This document shows, piece after piece, positions 40,284-50,674 of a stretch of DNA of 64,000 nucleotides (position 1 is the first letter of the stretch; each line of letters opens with the position of its first letter). Made by a program: the position numbers and the translations under genes. This stretch comes from Clostridia bacterium (GTDB lineage: Bacteria > Bacillota > Clostridia > TANB77 > CAG-465), in assembly GCA_045536565.1 (NCBI GenBank), contig JAZSNU010000011.1:57732-121731 (forward strand). Reading direction: 5' to 3'. The notes beneath the pieces are model-generated. The model did no database searches, had not been told where the DNA came from, and was given only the letters and a program-made list of their open reading frames with translations.

Positions 40284-41600
40284 ATGGCAGATGTAAGAAA
40301 AGTAAAAGCAAGAACATTACCAGGTTTTATGGAGCTTATGCCTGATGAACAAATATTATTTAATAAAATGTATGATAGTATAAGAAAATCATATGAAAAA
40401 TTTGGGTTTATTCCACTTGATACACCAATTTTGGAATCATCAGAAGTTCTTCTTGTCAAAGCAGGAGGGGAAACTGAAAAACAAATATATAGATTTACAA
40501 AAGGTGATACAGACATGTCAATGAGATTTGATTTAACTGTACCACTAGCAAAATATGTTGCAATGCATGCAGGTGAACTTACTTTTCCTTTTAGAAGATA
40601 TCAGATGAGTAAAGTTTTCAGAGGAGAAAGACCACAAAAAGGAAGATATAGAGAATTTTATCAATGTGATATAGATATAATTGGAGACACAGAGTTAAAC
40701 ATATTAAATGATGCTGAGATACCTTCAATAATATATACAACTTTTAAAGATTTAGGATTTGAAAGATTTGTAATAAGAATAAATAATAGAAGAGTATTAA
40801 ATGGATTTTTTGCAAGTTTAGAACTTGGAGATAATGTAGCAGATATATTAAGAATAATTGATAAACTTGAAAAAATAGGTGAAGAAGCGGTAGTAGAATG
40901 TTTAAAAGAATTAAATATAGATGAACAAAAAATATTAAGTATAATGTCTTTTATGCAAATAGACGGAACACCTGAGAATGTAATATCATCATTAAGAAAG
41001 TTAAATATATCTAATGAGGATTTTGCACAAGGCGTAGATGAATTAGAACAAGTAGCAGCAGGCGTTGTTGCATTTGGAATACCAGAAAGTAACTTTAAAA
41101 TAGATCTAAAAATAGCAAGAGGATTAGATTATTATACTGGCACAGTATATGAAACTATGCTTACAGATTACCCAGGACTTGGAAGTGTATGCTCTGGTGG
41201 TAGATACGATAACTTAGCAGAATATTATACAAATAAAAAACTACCAGGTGTTGGAATATCAATTGGGCTTTCTAGACTATATGCATATTTGACAAGTGAA
41301 AAAGTAATTGCACCAGAAGAAGGAAGTACTGCAAAAGTATTAGTTGTTCCTATGGTAGAAGATATGTCAGAAGTATTTAAAATAGCAAATGAAATAAGAA
41401 AGAAAGATATTAATACTGAGGTTTGCTATAATAGAAAAAATATGAAGAGCATGTTAAATTATGCTAATAAGCTAAAAATACCTTATGTTGTATTTGTAGG
41501 TGAAGATGAAATAACTAACAATGTATTAACACTTAAAAATATGAATACAGGAAATCAAGAACAAATAAAAATATATGAAATACAAAAATATATAATATAA
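40284..41600 (+). CDS. hisS: Histidyl-tRNA synthetase
   Basis: RFDLTVP, RGERPQKGRYREFYQCD, RGLDYYTG, GGRYD. Confidence 0.97.
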   Translation: MADVRKVKARTLPGFMELMPDEQILFNKMYDSIRKSYEKFGFIPLDTPILESSEVLLVKAGGETEKQIYRFTKGDTDMSMRFDLTVPLAKYVAMHAGELTFPFRRYQMSKVFRGERPQKGRYREFYQCDIDIIGDTELNILNDAEIPSIIYTTFKDLGFERFVIRINNRRVLNGFFASLELGDNVADILRIIDKLEKIGEEAVVECLKELNIDEQKILSIMSFMQIDGTPENVISSLRKLNISNEDFAQGVDELEQVAAGVVAFGIPESNFKIDLKIARGLDYYTGTVYETMLTDYPGLGSVCSGGRYDNLAEYYTNKKLPGVGISIGLSRLYAYLTSEKVIAPEEGSTAKVLVVPMVEDMSEVFKIANEIRKKDINTEVCYNRKNMKSMLNYANKLKIPYVVFVGEDEITNNVLTLKNMNTGNQEQIKIYEIQKYII

Positions 41601-41643
41601 TAGTAAAAGAGCCAGACAGTTAGTCTGGTTCTTTTGTCATTGT

Positions 41644-41928
41644 TTAGTCAAGTGATACTTTTGATAGAACATCTGATAGTAATTGACTTTCGTTTAATAT
41701 TTCCCAGTAGCCATTTACCTTAGTAACATTTATTTGGTTTGGAAACGCATAGCATATTTTGTCTAATATTTTCCGTGAAAGATTAGATATCCCTAATGTT
41801 TCACATAGTGAATCGTGTACATCAATTTTAACAGAAGTGTTTATATCCATGATATTAAGTTTTAATGTACATCTACCATCAATGCTTTTTAAGTATTTAA
41901 CAGTTGCTTTGTAAATATCTGATCTCAT
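41644..41928 (-). CDS. Hypothetical protein
   Basis: AAGGAGG RBS; bidirectional terminator at about 41607-41635. Confidence 0.65.
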   Translation of the reverse strand: MRSDIYKATVKYLKSIDGRCTLKLNIMDINTSVKIDVHDSLCETLGISNLSRKILDKICYAFPNQINVTKVNGYWEILNESQLLSDVLSKVSLD

Positions 41929-42131
41929 TTGAAATTCCTCCTTATACTAATATATATTAATAATTTGTATGATAAAATAATTTGTAGGTATATTATAGCA
42001 TAAAATATATAATATTCAATATAACTAAATTAGTATTTACATATATATTAGTGTAAAGTAAGGTTTTAGGACTTGTAATTAATATGGTTTTGTATTAAAA
42101 TATTATATGTTAAAAAGGAGAGCGAGTATAA

Positions 42132-43520
42132 ATGAAAGAAGTAACAATGCAAGATTTAGTAGCACTATGTAAAAATAGAGGATATATATTCCCAGGTTCA
42201 GAAATATATGGAGGATTATCTAATACTTGGGATTATGGACCACTAGGAGTAGAATTTAAAAATAATATAAAAAGAGCTTGGTGGAAAAAGTTTGTAGATG
42301 AATCAAGACACAATGTAGGACTTGATGCAGCTATTCTTATGAATCCACAAACTTGGGTAGCATCAGGACACGTAGGAGGATTCTCTGATCCACTTATGGA
42401 TTGTAAAGCATGTAAAACAAGACATAGAGCAGACAAATTAATTGAAGATTATTTACAAGAAAAAGGTACACCAGAGGTTGTTGATGGTTGGTCAGATGAA
42501 CAAATGGTGAACTTCATAAAAGAAAATGGTGTAGTTTGTCCAGATTGCGGAAAACAAGATTTTACAGATATTAGAAAATTTAATCTAATGTTTAAAACAT
42601 TCCAAGGAGTAACAGAAGATTCAAAATCTGAAATATATTTAAGACCAGAAACAGCACAAGGTATATTTGTTAACTACAAAAATGTATTAAGAACTACAAG
42701 AAGTAAAATGCCTATGGGTATAGCTCAAATAGGTAAATCATTCAGAAATGAGATAACACCTGGTAACTTTATATTCCGTGTTCGTGAATTTGAACAAATG
42801 GAACTTGAATTTTTCTGTGAACCAGGAACAGATATAGAATGGTTTAATCATTGGAAAGAATATTGTAAAAACTTCTTAGTAAGTTTAGGTATGGATGAAG
42901 AAAAACTAAGAATGAGAGATCATTCACCAGAAGAACTTTCTTTTTACAGTAAATGTACAACTGATATAGAATTTAAATTCCCATTTGGCTTTGGTGAATT
43001 ATGGGGAATCGCGGATAGAACAGATTATGATTTAAGTCAACATATGAAACATTCAGGAGAAGATTTTACATACACAGATCCAATGGATCCTTCTAAAAAA
43101 TATATACCATACTGTATAGAGCCTTCTGTTGGTGTTGAAAGACTTGTTTTAGCGTTCTTATCTAGTGCATATAAAGAAGAGGAAGTATCAGAAGGAGATA
43201 CAAGGGTTGTATTAAAATTACATCCTTTCTTAGCACCAATAAAAGTAGCAGTACTTCCACTTTCTAAAAAATTATCTGATAAGGCAAACGAAGTTTATGA
43301 AAAACTAGTTAAAAAATATAGATGTGAATATGATGAAGCTGGAAGCATCGGTAAAAGATATAGAAGACAAGATGAAATAGGAACACCATATTGTGTAACA
43401 GTAGATTTTGATACACTAGAAGATGAATGTGTAACAGTAAGAGATAGAGATACAATGGAGCAAGTTAGAATTAAAATTGATGAACTTGAAAAATTCATTG
43501 ATGATAAAATACAGTTCTAA
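42132..43520 (+). CDS. glyQS: Glycyl-tRNA synthetase, alpha2 type
   Basis: [41 protein letters not shown]. Confidence 0.97.
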   Translation: MKEVTMQDLVALCKNRGYIFPGSEIYGGLSNTWDYGPLGVEFKNNIKRAWWKKFVDESRHNVGLDAAILMNPQTWVASGHVGGFSDPLMDCKACKTRHRADKLIEDYLQEKGTPEVVDGWSDEQMVNFIKENGVVCPDCGKQDFTDIRKFNLMFKTFQGVTEDSKSEIYLRPETAQGIFVNYKNVLRTTRSKMPMGIAQIGKSFRNEITPGNFIFRVREFEQMELEFFCEPGTDIEWFNHWKEYCKNFLVSLGMDEEKLRMRDHSPEELSFYSKCTTDIEFKFPFGFGELWGIADRTDYDLSQHMKHSGEDFTYTDPMDPSKKYIPYCIEPSVGVERLVLAFLSSAYKEEEVSEGDTRVVLKLHPFLAPIKVAVLPLSKKLSDKANEVYEKLVKKYRCEYDEAGSIGKRYRRQDEIGTPYCVTVDFDTLEDECVTVRDRDTMEQVRIKIDELEKFIDDKIQF

Positions 43521-43682
43521 TTTATAAAGTATATTTAATAAAAGGATATATGTCATTTATGTGTGGCATATATCCTTTTGCTTTGTCGGAAATAATAGAC
43601 CAGGGGCGTTGTAATTGACATAATAATCAAAATGTGTTACAATAAGAGAGTAAATATTATAAAAACTAATCAAATTTGAAAG

Positions 43683-44417
43683 GTGGAAAATAAGATGGAT
43701 AATAAAAAAAATATGACGGAAATGGATGTTGCAAAAAGAGAATACAATCTGGTTAAATGGTTTATGTGTAGTGGTATGAAAAATTGTATTACGGATAGAT
43801 GGTGCGATGAGATAGATAAAATACTTATAGATACAGATTACCAAAAAAGAGCTATAAAGCTTGTAACAAATGATATAGGAATAACAACCCTAGCTGGAAT
43901 TATAACTCCTAGTATTTTAATTACAAATTCGCATGTTGTGGATTCAGAAATATTAGACGAGCTTTTGAACAATATAATGTTAGGGTATATTGACGAAGAA
44001 AAGAGCGAGCGAATTTTAAATTTTGTGGATTTATTTGGTCTTTCATATCTAGAACAGATACTTATGTATGATGATATTAAGCTGAAAAGAGAGTATCAAA
44101 AAATAATATCTGATGAAGTTATATCCAAATATAAGAGTGGTATTGACCTTGATCTACTAAAACTTTTCTTTATGTGTTATTCGATAGATAATGAATATAA
44201 AGAAAAAGTAGTAGAAATTATGTTAGAAGATGATTTGTATATGTTACAAGAAAGTCTTGAAAATGATACTATAAATGCATTATCTTATGTTATAAAAGAA
44301 ACAAATGATGTAGTTGGTATTATTGATGAAGAAGATGAATGTGACGAGCTAGAAGAAGAAAAAATCTCTGTATTTGAAGATGTTATGAAACTCATTGATA
44401 AAAGATTAAACTCATAG
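43683..44417 (+). CDS. Hypothetical acidic protein
   Basis: 244-aa ORF with own TTGACA promoter and terminator. Confidence 0.65.
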   Translation: MENKMDNKKNMTEMDVAKREYNLVKWFMCSGMKNCITDRWCDEIDKILIDTDYQKRAIKLVTNDIGITTLAGIITPSILITNSHVVDSEILDELLNNIMLGYIDEEKSERILNFVDLFGLSYLEQILMYDDIKLKREYQKIISDEVISKYKSGIDLDLLKLFFMCYSIDNEYKEKVVEIMLEDDLYMLQESLENDTINALSYVIKETNDVVGIIDEEDECDELEEEKISVFEDVMKLIDKRLNS

Positions 44418-44518
44418 TTTATTTTAGTGTTCTAAATTTAATTATTTAGAACACTTTTTCTATTTAAAAAATATAAATTATAGTGTATAATATGTATATA
44501 TAAATATGGAGGCAAGTT

Positions 44519-45436
44519 ATGTATAAAACAGGATATGTAGGAATAGTTGGTAAGCCAAATGCCGGTAAATCTAGTTTAGTAAATAAAATGGTAGGATTTA
44601 AGGTTGCAATAACAACACCTAAACCACAAACAACTAGATTTAATATTAGAGGAATAAGAACAAGTGAAACTTCTCAAATTATATTTATAGATACACCAGG
44701 TGTTCATACGCCTAAACATAAATTGGGTGAATATATGATGAAAGGTGTTAGCATGGCAGTATTAGATACTGATTGTATTATATATCTAGTAGATGCTACA
44801 AAACCGGTACTAGACGAAGCGAATAAAAAGATAATGAATGATATTGTTAAGGCTAAGAAAAAAATAATATTAGTAATTAACAAGATAGATAGTATAAAAA
44901 AAGAGAATATATTAAGAATTATAGAAGAGTACAATAAGTATATAACAAGTATAGATGGTAAGTTCATAGATATAATTCCAATTTCTGTGTATAAAAATGA
45001 TGGACTAGACATTTTGGTAGAAGCAATAGAAAAAATATTACCAGAAGGTGAAGCTATATTTGAAGAAGATGAAATAACAGATATTTCCGAAAGAGATATA
45101 GCAGAAGAAATTATTAGAGAAAAAGCATTATCGTATTTAGATGAAGAAATACCACATGGAATTAATGTTAAAATAGAAAAAATGAAATTAAGAACAACTG
45201 AAAATGGTAATGAAGTTTATGATATTGATGCTGAAATAATATGTAAAAAGGATTCACATAAACCAATTATAATAGGTAGAAATGGGGATATGCTTAAAAA
45301 GATACAAAGTAATTCTAGAAAAGAAATAGCTGCCATGACAAATACGAGAGTTAATCTTAAAATTTGGGTGAAAGTTAGGAAAGATTGGGAAAATGTTGAT
45401 AACTTCTTGGGAAATATAAAGGACAAGATTCGCTAA
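44519..45436 (+). CDS. era: GTPase Era
   Basis: GKPNAGKS, QTTR, DTPG, NKID, KH domain. Confidence 0.96.
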   Translation: MYKTGYVGIVGKPNAGKSSLVNKMVGFKVAITTPKPQTTRFNIRGIRTSETSQIIFIDTPGVHTPKHKLGEYMMKGVSMAVLDTDCIIYLVDATKPVLDEANKKIMNDIVKAKKKIILVINKIDSIKKENILRIIEEYNKYITSIDGKFIDIIPISVYKNDGLDILVEAIEKILPEGEAIFEEDEITDISERDIAEEIIREKALSYLDEEIPHGINVKIEKMKLRTTENGNEVYDIDAEIICKKDSHKPIIIGRNGDMLKKIQSNSRKEIAAMTNTRVNLKIWVKVRKDWENVDNFLGNIKDKIR

Positions 45437-45511
45437 AATTAGGTATAATAAGACAAGATAAACTGTATAGAATGTAAAAAAACACATACAATATTACTAG
45501 GTGATATGTGT

Positions 45512-45676
45512 ATGAGTGAAGATATTGCTTGGGAAGAATTTGAAAAAACAGGAAAAATAGAAAGCTATTTAAAATATGCAAAAATAAGAAGTATAAATAA
45601 TAGATTTAAAGAAGAAATAGGTATTATTAAAGGAGATATTAGTGAGGTTAATAAAGGTAAAAGGGATAGTAATTAA
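45512..45676 (+). CDS. yqzL: YqzL-family small protein, 54 aa
   Basis: MSEDIAWEEFEKTGKIESYLKY...; era-yqzL-recO synteny; not in the ORF track. Confidence 0.8.
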   Translation: MSEDIAWEEFEKTGKIESYLKYAKIRSINNRFKEEIGIIKGDISEVNKGKRDSN

Positions 45677-46391
45677 AGAAGTTCAATATAAAGAAAATGA
45701 TAAAATAATCACTATTATGACAGATAAATTAGGTAAGATTTCTTGTATGGCAAAAGGGGCAAAAAAGAATAATAGTCCCCTTTTGTCTTCCTCTCAATTT
45801 TTAGTGTATAGTGAATTTTTGTTGTATAAAGGGACAAACTTTTATCATATAAATTCTGCTGAAATGATAGAATCTTTTTATGATTTAAGGATAGATTATG
45901 ATAAACTGGAAAAGGCATTTGATGTAGCAAAACTTCTTAATAAACTCGCATATGAAGAGGATGAAGAAACAGGAATATTATCTTTGTTTCTTAACACGCT
46001 GTATATTATAGCAAATAAGGACAAGCAATTTGATTTAGTTAGAAATACATTTTTATTAAAACTACTTTGTCTTTTAGGTTATACACCTCATTTATATAAA
46101 TGTTCAAAATGTAATGAGAAAATGTTTGGGGATAACAATAGCGAACAGACAAAATACTATTACGATAGAACAACAAATTCTGCTGTTTGTGATACTTGTT
46201 ATAACAATATAATAGGAAATGATAAAATGGAAATAAGAAAGTATAAAGAAATATCAGAAGGAGCACTATATGCAATGCTTTATGTTATTTCTAGTGAAAT
46301 AAAAAAAGTGTTTAGTTTTGATATAAAGGGAAAAACATTAAATGAGTTTTCTGACTTTGTAAATGAATATTATTTATCACAAATAATGTAA
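45642..46391 (+). CDS. recO: DNA repair protein RecO
   Basis: GIV.K...YKENDKI..I.T..LGK...AKGA, GY.P.L..CxxC...CxxC. Confidence 0.93.
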   Translation: MRLIKVKGIVIKEVQYKENDKIITIMTDKLGKISCMAKGAKKNNSPLLSSSQFLVYSEFLLYKGTNFYHINSAEMIESFYDLRIDYDKLEKAFDVAKLLNKLAYEEDEETGILSLFLNTLYIIANKDKQFDLVRNTFLLKLLCLLGYTPHLYKCSKCNEKMFGDNNSEQTKYYYDRTTNSAVCDTCYNNIIGNDKMEIRKYKEISEGALYAMLYVISSEIKKVFSFDIKGKTLNEFSDFVNEYYLSQIM

Positions 46392-46526
46392 AATGTTTGT
46401 GCATAGGTGTAATTTTGAAAGAGATTATATAATGAGAAAATTTCAAAGCGTAATTTTTGCACTTTGAAAAAAGTATAGATAAGAGAAATAGTTGACAAAT
46501 ATTTTTAAATATGTTATTATGAATAT

Positions 46527-46640
46527 ATAATATAAATATTACATAAAATATTAGGGAACATTCAGTTTGGTTCGTTGAATGTCTACCTTGTGAAAGTTAT
46601 TTTAAGTCACTTATTCATTACGAATGAGTGTCATTTTTTT
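46527..46640 (+). ncRNA. Putative type I antitoxin antisense RNA (ends approximate)
   Basis: TTGACA(46492)-17-TATTAT(46515) promoter; terminator 46608-46640 with a plus-strand G-U pair; overlaps the toxin stop and 3' UTR. Confidence 0.6.
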
Positions 46641-46723
46641 ATTTCTACTACTAACAAAGTTAGGAGAGATAATATGATGCAAAGATAGCGTAGAAATTTA
46701 AGTATAAATAATCTCTTTTGCAT
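46631..46723 (-). CDS. Putative type I toxin, 30-aa hydrophobic peptide
   Basis: MQKRLFILKFLRYLCIILSLLTLLVVEIKK; AAGGAGGT RBS in a hairpin; TTGCAA(46818)-17-TATAAT promoter. Confidence 0.72.
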   Translation of the reverse strand: MQKRLFILKFLRYLCIILSLLTLLVVEIKK

Positions 46724-46954
46724 TTATCAAACCTCCTTTCTATTTCAAGAATGGAGGTAGACACTCAACAACTGATATTCCCTAAGTGTATTATATAACG
46801 CTGATAGCGTTTTTGCAATAATAAATATAAAATTTATATAATTTGTTAAAAACTAAGTGTTAGCAGTTTGAAAAGGAAAAACTCAACTGGGTAAGTGCGA
46901 TTTTGGAAAACAATACAACTGGTAACAATTTGCTACTAGTTGTATATAATTTTA

Positions 46955-47213
46955 CTAATTTTTAGGTAATTTTTTGTTGTTATCTAAATATTTATCCATT
47001 AGCCCTAAAAGATCATTCATATAAAAGAATTTGTTTTTAGCATTAATCATATCATTTTTTATTAAGTTTTGTTTTTTTAGATTCTATAGATTTTCTGCTT
47101 TGAGGTCTCATTCGCGCTAACATCTGATTATATTGAGATACAACCATTTTCAATCCTTTTTAGTAAGCTTTACTTTAACACAGTTGTTGATGTTAAATAT
47201 TTTTTTCTTTCAT
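46955..47213 (-). pseudogene. Decayed small gene with three poly-A frameshifts
   Basis: Reconstructs as MKEKIFNINNCVKVKLTKKGLKMVVSQYNQ...FYMNDLLGLMDKYL; followed by hairpin 46914-46946. Confidence 0.35.
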
Positions 47214-47308
47214 TAACTGAAAAATATATTATGAATTATTAGTAAAATATGTTGATATTTTGTATAATTTGGTATATATAATAAATATTAATAGTAGGAG
47301 TTGATTAT

Positions 47309-47845
47309 ATGGAAAATTTATTTAAAAAAATGATGTTACCCTCAATAATTTCATCAATTGTTTTTATGATTTCAGGTATTGTAATATTTATGAATCCAGA
47401 GGAAACTCTTAAAATAATAGCACAAATAATTGGTTGGATGACAGTAGGGTTTGGGGTAATAGGAATATTTCAATATATACAAAATAAAGAGGAAGCCTCA
47501 TTTAAACTTAATTTGCTATACATTATAACTACTATAATATTAGGAGCAATAATTATATATAATTATAAGTTTGTAAGTTCTATAATACCGGTTGTTTTAG
47601 GTATATGGATTTGTTTTGATAGCTTTATAAAACTAAGACTAGCAATAGGTATAAAAAATATGGGAATAGATAATTGGAAATATCCTTGTGTTATGAGTAT
47701 ATTATCATTAATAATCGGAGTTTTCTTGCTATTTAATCCTTTTGGTGGTGCTGTTATAATGATGAAAATAGCAGCAGCGTGTATAGTAATATATTCAGTA
47801 TTTGATATTATACAAGACTATACAATCTTCAAGTATTTGAAATAA
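47309..47845 (+). CDS. HdeD/DUF308 membrane protein
   Basis: Six TMs with repeated G...NP motifs. Confidence 0.8.
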   Translation: MENLFKKMMLPSIISSIVFMISGIVIFMNPEETLKIIAQIIGWMTVGFGVIGIFQYIQNKEEASFKLNLLYIITTIILGAIIIYNYKFVSSIIPVVLGIWICFDSFIKLRLAIGIKNMGIDNWKYPCVMSILSLIIGVFLLFNPFGGAVIMMKIAAACIVIYSVFDIIQDYTIFKYLK

Positions 47846-48005
47846 ATATAAAAGTTAGTTTATATTATATAAATAATATAGATTAACTTTTTTGTATAAT
47901 ATATATTTAAAATTTAAATTTCTCTAAAAAAACAATAAATTTAATTGCTATTGAATTGGTAATGAAGTATAATGAATAATATAGATAGCAAAGGGGTGAG
48001 CATGA

Positions 48006-49100
48006 GTGTATAGCATGGGTCTAGGTCAAGAAGAAGTAGTAAGTAGAAAAGAATATTTAAAGAAGAAAAAAAGACAAAAAAGAAAGACTATATTTGATAA
48101 AATGGGCAAAAGAACTTGGCTTATGCTTGCATTTATACTTGCTATTTCTTGTTATGTTATATATCAATTTGGTATATATAACAAAAAACATAGATTAGTT
48201 CAAACCCTTCCAGATGAAATATCTAGTATGAAAGAATATAAAATATATTATGTTAGTGAGTCTTATACATATGATGGTAAAAATCAATTAAAAAGTATGT
48301 CTACAACCTCTAATGAAAAAGAAACAATAGATGAAGGACTTGGTATTACTCAAATTACAATAAAAGATAACCATATATATGGAATTATAGATGGAAGTTT
48401 AGTAAAAATAATAAAAGATGGCAGAAAGAATAAAGTAGAAAAATTAGTAGAAAATAATGTAAAAGGCTATTGTATATATGGTGAAAATGTATATGCATAT
48501 ATGGAGGGCGAAGGTGTCGAAACTGGTATATATAAACTAGGTAAAAAGAATAAAACGGAAAAAATAATATCAGTATATGTAAATCAATTACTAATAGATA
48601 AGAATAATATATATGTAGTAAATGGTGATAAAAATATAATTAAATATGATAAAGATGGAAAAAATGAAACGATAGTTGTAAATAATGGTTCTGCTGTGGG
48701 AGTGATACAGGATTTAGATAATATATATTTTGTAAATGCTGCTGATAATAACAAGTTGTATAGAGTAGTTAAAGAAACAGGAGAAATATCTCATGTAACT
48801 AATGAAGGAACAACTTGTGGATGGTATACAGGTATGAATGGATATGCATTTATGGGAGTATATGATAATACTTTGTATTACATTAATACAAAAGATGGTA
48901 ATAAATTATATAAAACTGTTGTAGGAAGCAGTGAAGATATAAAAATATTAGAAGATAATATTCAGATATTAGATGTTATTAACAGCACTATTTTCTATAA
49001 AGTAGTAGGCGATATAGGGGTATATAGATATGATACTGTAAATGAAATTTCATCACAAGTAACAAGTGCAAGAGTTGTTGAATTTGCAGCAGAAGAATAA
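48006..49100 (+). CDS. DUF5050-like beta-propeller membrane-anchored protein
   Basis: Basic N-terminus, TM helix, repeated IYF.N..D.NKLY. Confidence 0.7.
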   Translation: MYSMGLGQEEVVSRKEYLKKKKRQKRKTIFDKMGKRTWLMLAFILAISCYVIYQFGIYNKKHRLVQTLPDEISSMKEYKIYYVSESYTYDGKNQLKSMSTTSNEKETIDEGLGITQITIKDNHIYGIIDGSLVKIIKDGRKNKVEKLVENNVKGYCIYGENVYAYMEGEGVETGIYKLGKKNKTEKIISVYVNQLLIDKNNIYVVNGDKNIIKYDKDGKNETIVVNNGSAVGVIQDLDNIYFVNAADNNKLYRVVKETGEISHVTNEGTTCGWYTGMNGYAFMGVYDNTLYYINTKDGNKLYKTVVGSSEDIKILEDNIQILDVINSTIFYKVVGDIGVYRYDTVNEISSQVTSARVVEFAAEE

Positions 49101-49163
49101 AAAATACAATGAATTAAGAATAGATTAAATATAAATTCTCATAATATTACAGATGGTGATGTT

Positions 49164-49628
49164 ATGAGAATTCGTTTATTTAATAAAAAAGATTTAGAAG
49201 AAGCTACACAGCTTATATTAATTTCATATAAAAAAGAAGATAAGAAAAATAAATGGACAAAAGAGATGGCGGAAAAATATATTCTTATGCATTTTAGAAT
49301 GAATAAAGATTTGTGCTTTGTTGCAACAGAAAATAATAAAATTATCGGAATAGGACTATGTATAGTTAAACCTAGTTATAATAAAGAGATAATAGATTCA
49401 CATATATTAATAGTCCATCCCGATTATAGGAGGAAAAAGATCGCTACCAAACTGTTAAAAAAGATAATTGACAAAGCAAGTAATAAGTATGGTATTGATG
49501 AAATTGAAAGTAGTGTAACATCTTTAACGAATTTTCCAATAGCATGGTATGAGAGCATTGGATTTAAAGAGAAAAAACATTACACACTTATTAAGGCAAA
49601 TATTCAACATGTTTTAAAGTCTATATAA
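49164..49628 (+). CDS. GNAT acetyltransferase
   Basis: VHPDYRRKKIA, WYESIGF. Confidence 0.88.
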   Translation: MRIRLFNKKDLEEATQLILISYKKEDKKNKWTKEMAEKYILMHFRMNKDLCFVATENNKIIGIGLCIVKPSYNKEIIDSHILIVHPDYRRKKIATKLLKKIIDKASNKYGIDEIESSVTSLTNFPIAWYESIGFKEKKHYTLIKANIQHVLKSI

Positions 49629-49635
49629 TATATAG

Positions 49636-50601
49636 TTATACTCCTGCAAACATTGCTACAACAACATAACCGTATATAGAACTTTTTGATATTCCTATAC
49701 CAACATAGTTGTATGATGTGGATAAAAGATTTTCTCTATGAGTAGAAGAATTTATCCACGAATTTACAGCGGCTTCTAGACTTGGATTTCCAGCAATATT
49801 TTCTCCTGCCGTTTTATAACTTAGTCCATAATTTTTCATCATTTCAAATGGAGAGCCATAAGTAGGAGATGTATGTGAAAAATATTCTTTTGTTGTCATA
49901 TCTTGTGCTTTTAGTCTTGATATTTTTAATAATTTTGAGCCCATACTAAGTTTAGATACGCCATTTTTTGCTCTGTAATCATTAATTAGATTAAGAACAT
50001 ATTGTTCGTCCTCTGTTCCAACTATTCCTGTATTTGAATTTGTGCTTGTGTTAGTATTTGCAGAGCTTCCTGATACGGTAACATAGTCTTTACTAATCAT
50101 ACCAACAGTATTATCTGATGTTATAGTTAAATAGAAGTTATTAATAGTTCCAATTATTTTTATACTTGTTCCTTTGGTAAGTTTTGTTATTTTTGCAAAG
50201 TTAGTTCCAGGACCTCTTCTTAAATTAACACTATCACCAGATACAGTTGCAAGTTTTGAACCGATGTTAGTATATGTGGATGCACCTTTGGGAGCAGCAG
50301 AACTAGATTTTACATAATCTTTGCTAACATAACCTACTTGATTATTACCTAGTTGGACAATATAGAAATTACCAGATTCGCCAACCATTTTAACACTAGT
50401 TCCTTTTGAAAGAACTGTAATTACAGATGAACTAGTAGTAGGTTTTGTTCTAAAATTAGTTCTATCTGTTAATGTACCATATTTGGGATTTAAACTTTTA
50501 ACTGTTGTATATGCAAAAACATTGGAACACAAAAATATGCATATAACAAGAAATATAAATGTTATTTTGCTATATTTCATCTTTTTAAATATTTTGTTCA
50601 T
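49636..50601 (-). CDS. Secreted 2xSH3b plus CAP (SCP) domain protein
   Basis: Signal peptide, VNLRRGPGT, GYVSKDYV repeats, YFSHTSPTYGSP, GENIA, HR.N.L. Confidence 0.9.
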   Translation of the reverse strand: MNKIFKKMKYSKITFIFLVICIFLCSNVFAYTTVKSLNPKYGTLTDRTNFRTKPTTSSSVITVLSKGTSVKMVGESGNFYIVQLGNNQVGYVSKDYVKSSSAAPKGASTYTNIGSKLATVSGDSVNLRRGPGTNFAKITKLTKGTSIKIIGTINNFYLTITSDNTVGMISKDYVTVSGSSANTNTSTNSNTGIVGTEDEQYVLNLINDYRAKNGVSKLSMGSKLLKISRLKAQDMTTKEYFSHTSPTYGSPFEMMKNYGLSYKTAGENIAGNPSLEAAVNSWINSSTHRENLLSTSYNYVGIGISKSSIYGYVVVAMFAGV

Positions 50602-50674
50602 TATATATCACCTCATTTGATTATTAATAATATATATGTATAACTTGTACAATTTATTCCATTAATTTTAAAAT

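Noticed and set aside
46551-46785. Long imperfect inverted repeat as a 6S RNA
   Set aside because: It encloses an RBS-led hydrophobic ORF and has convergent promoters and an internal terminator, which fits a type I toxin mRNA better.
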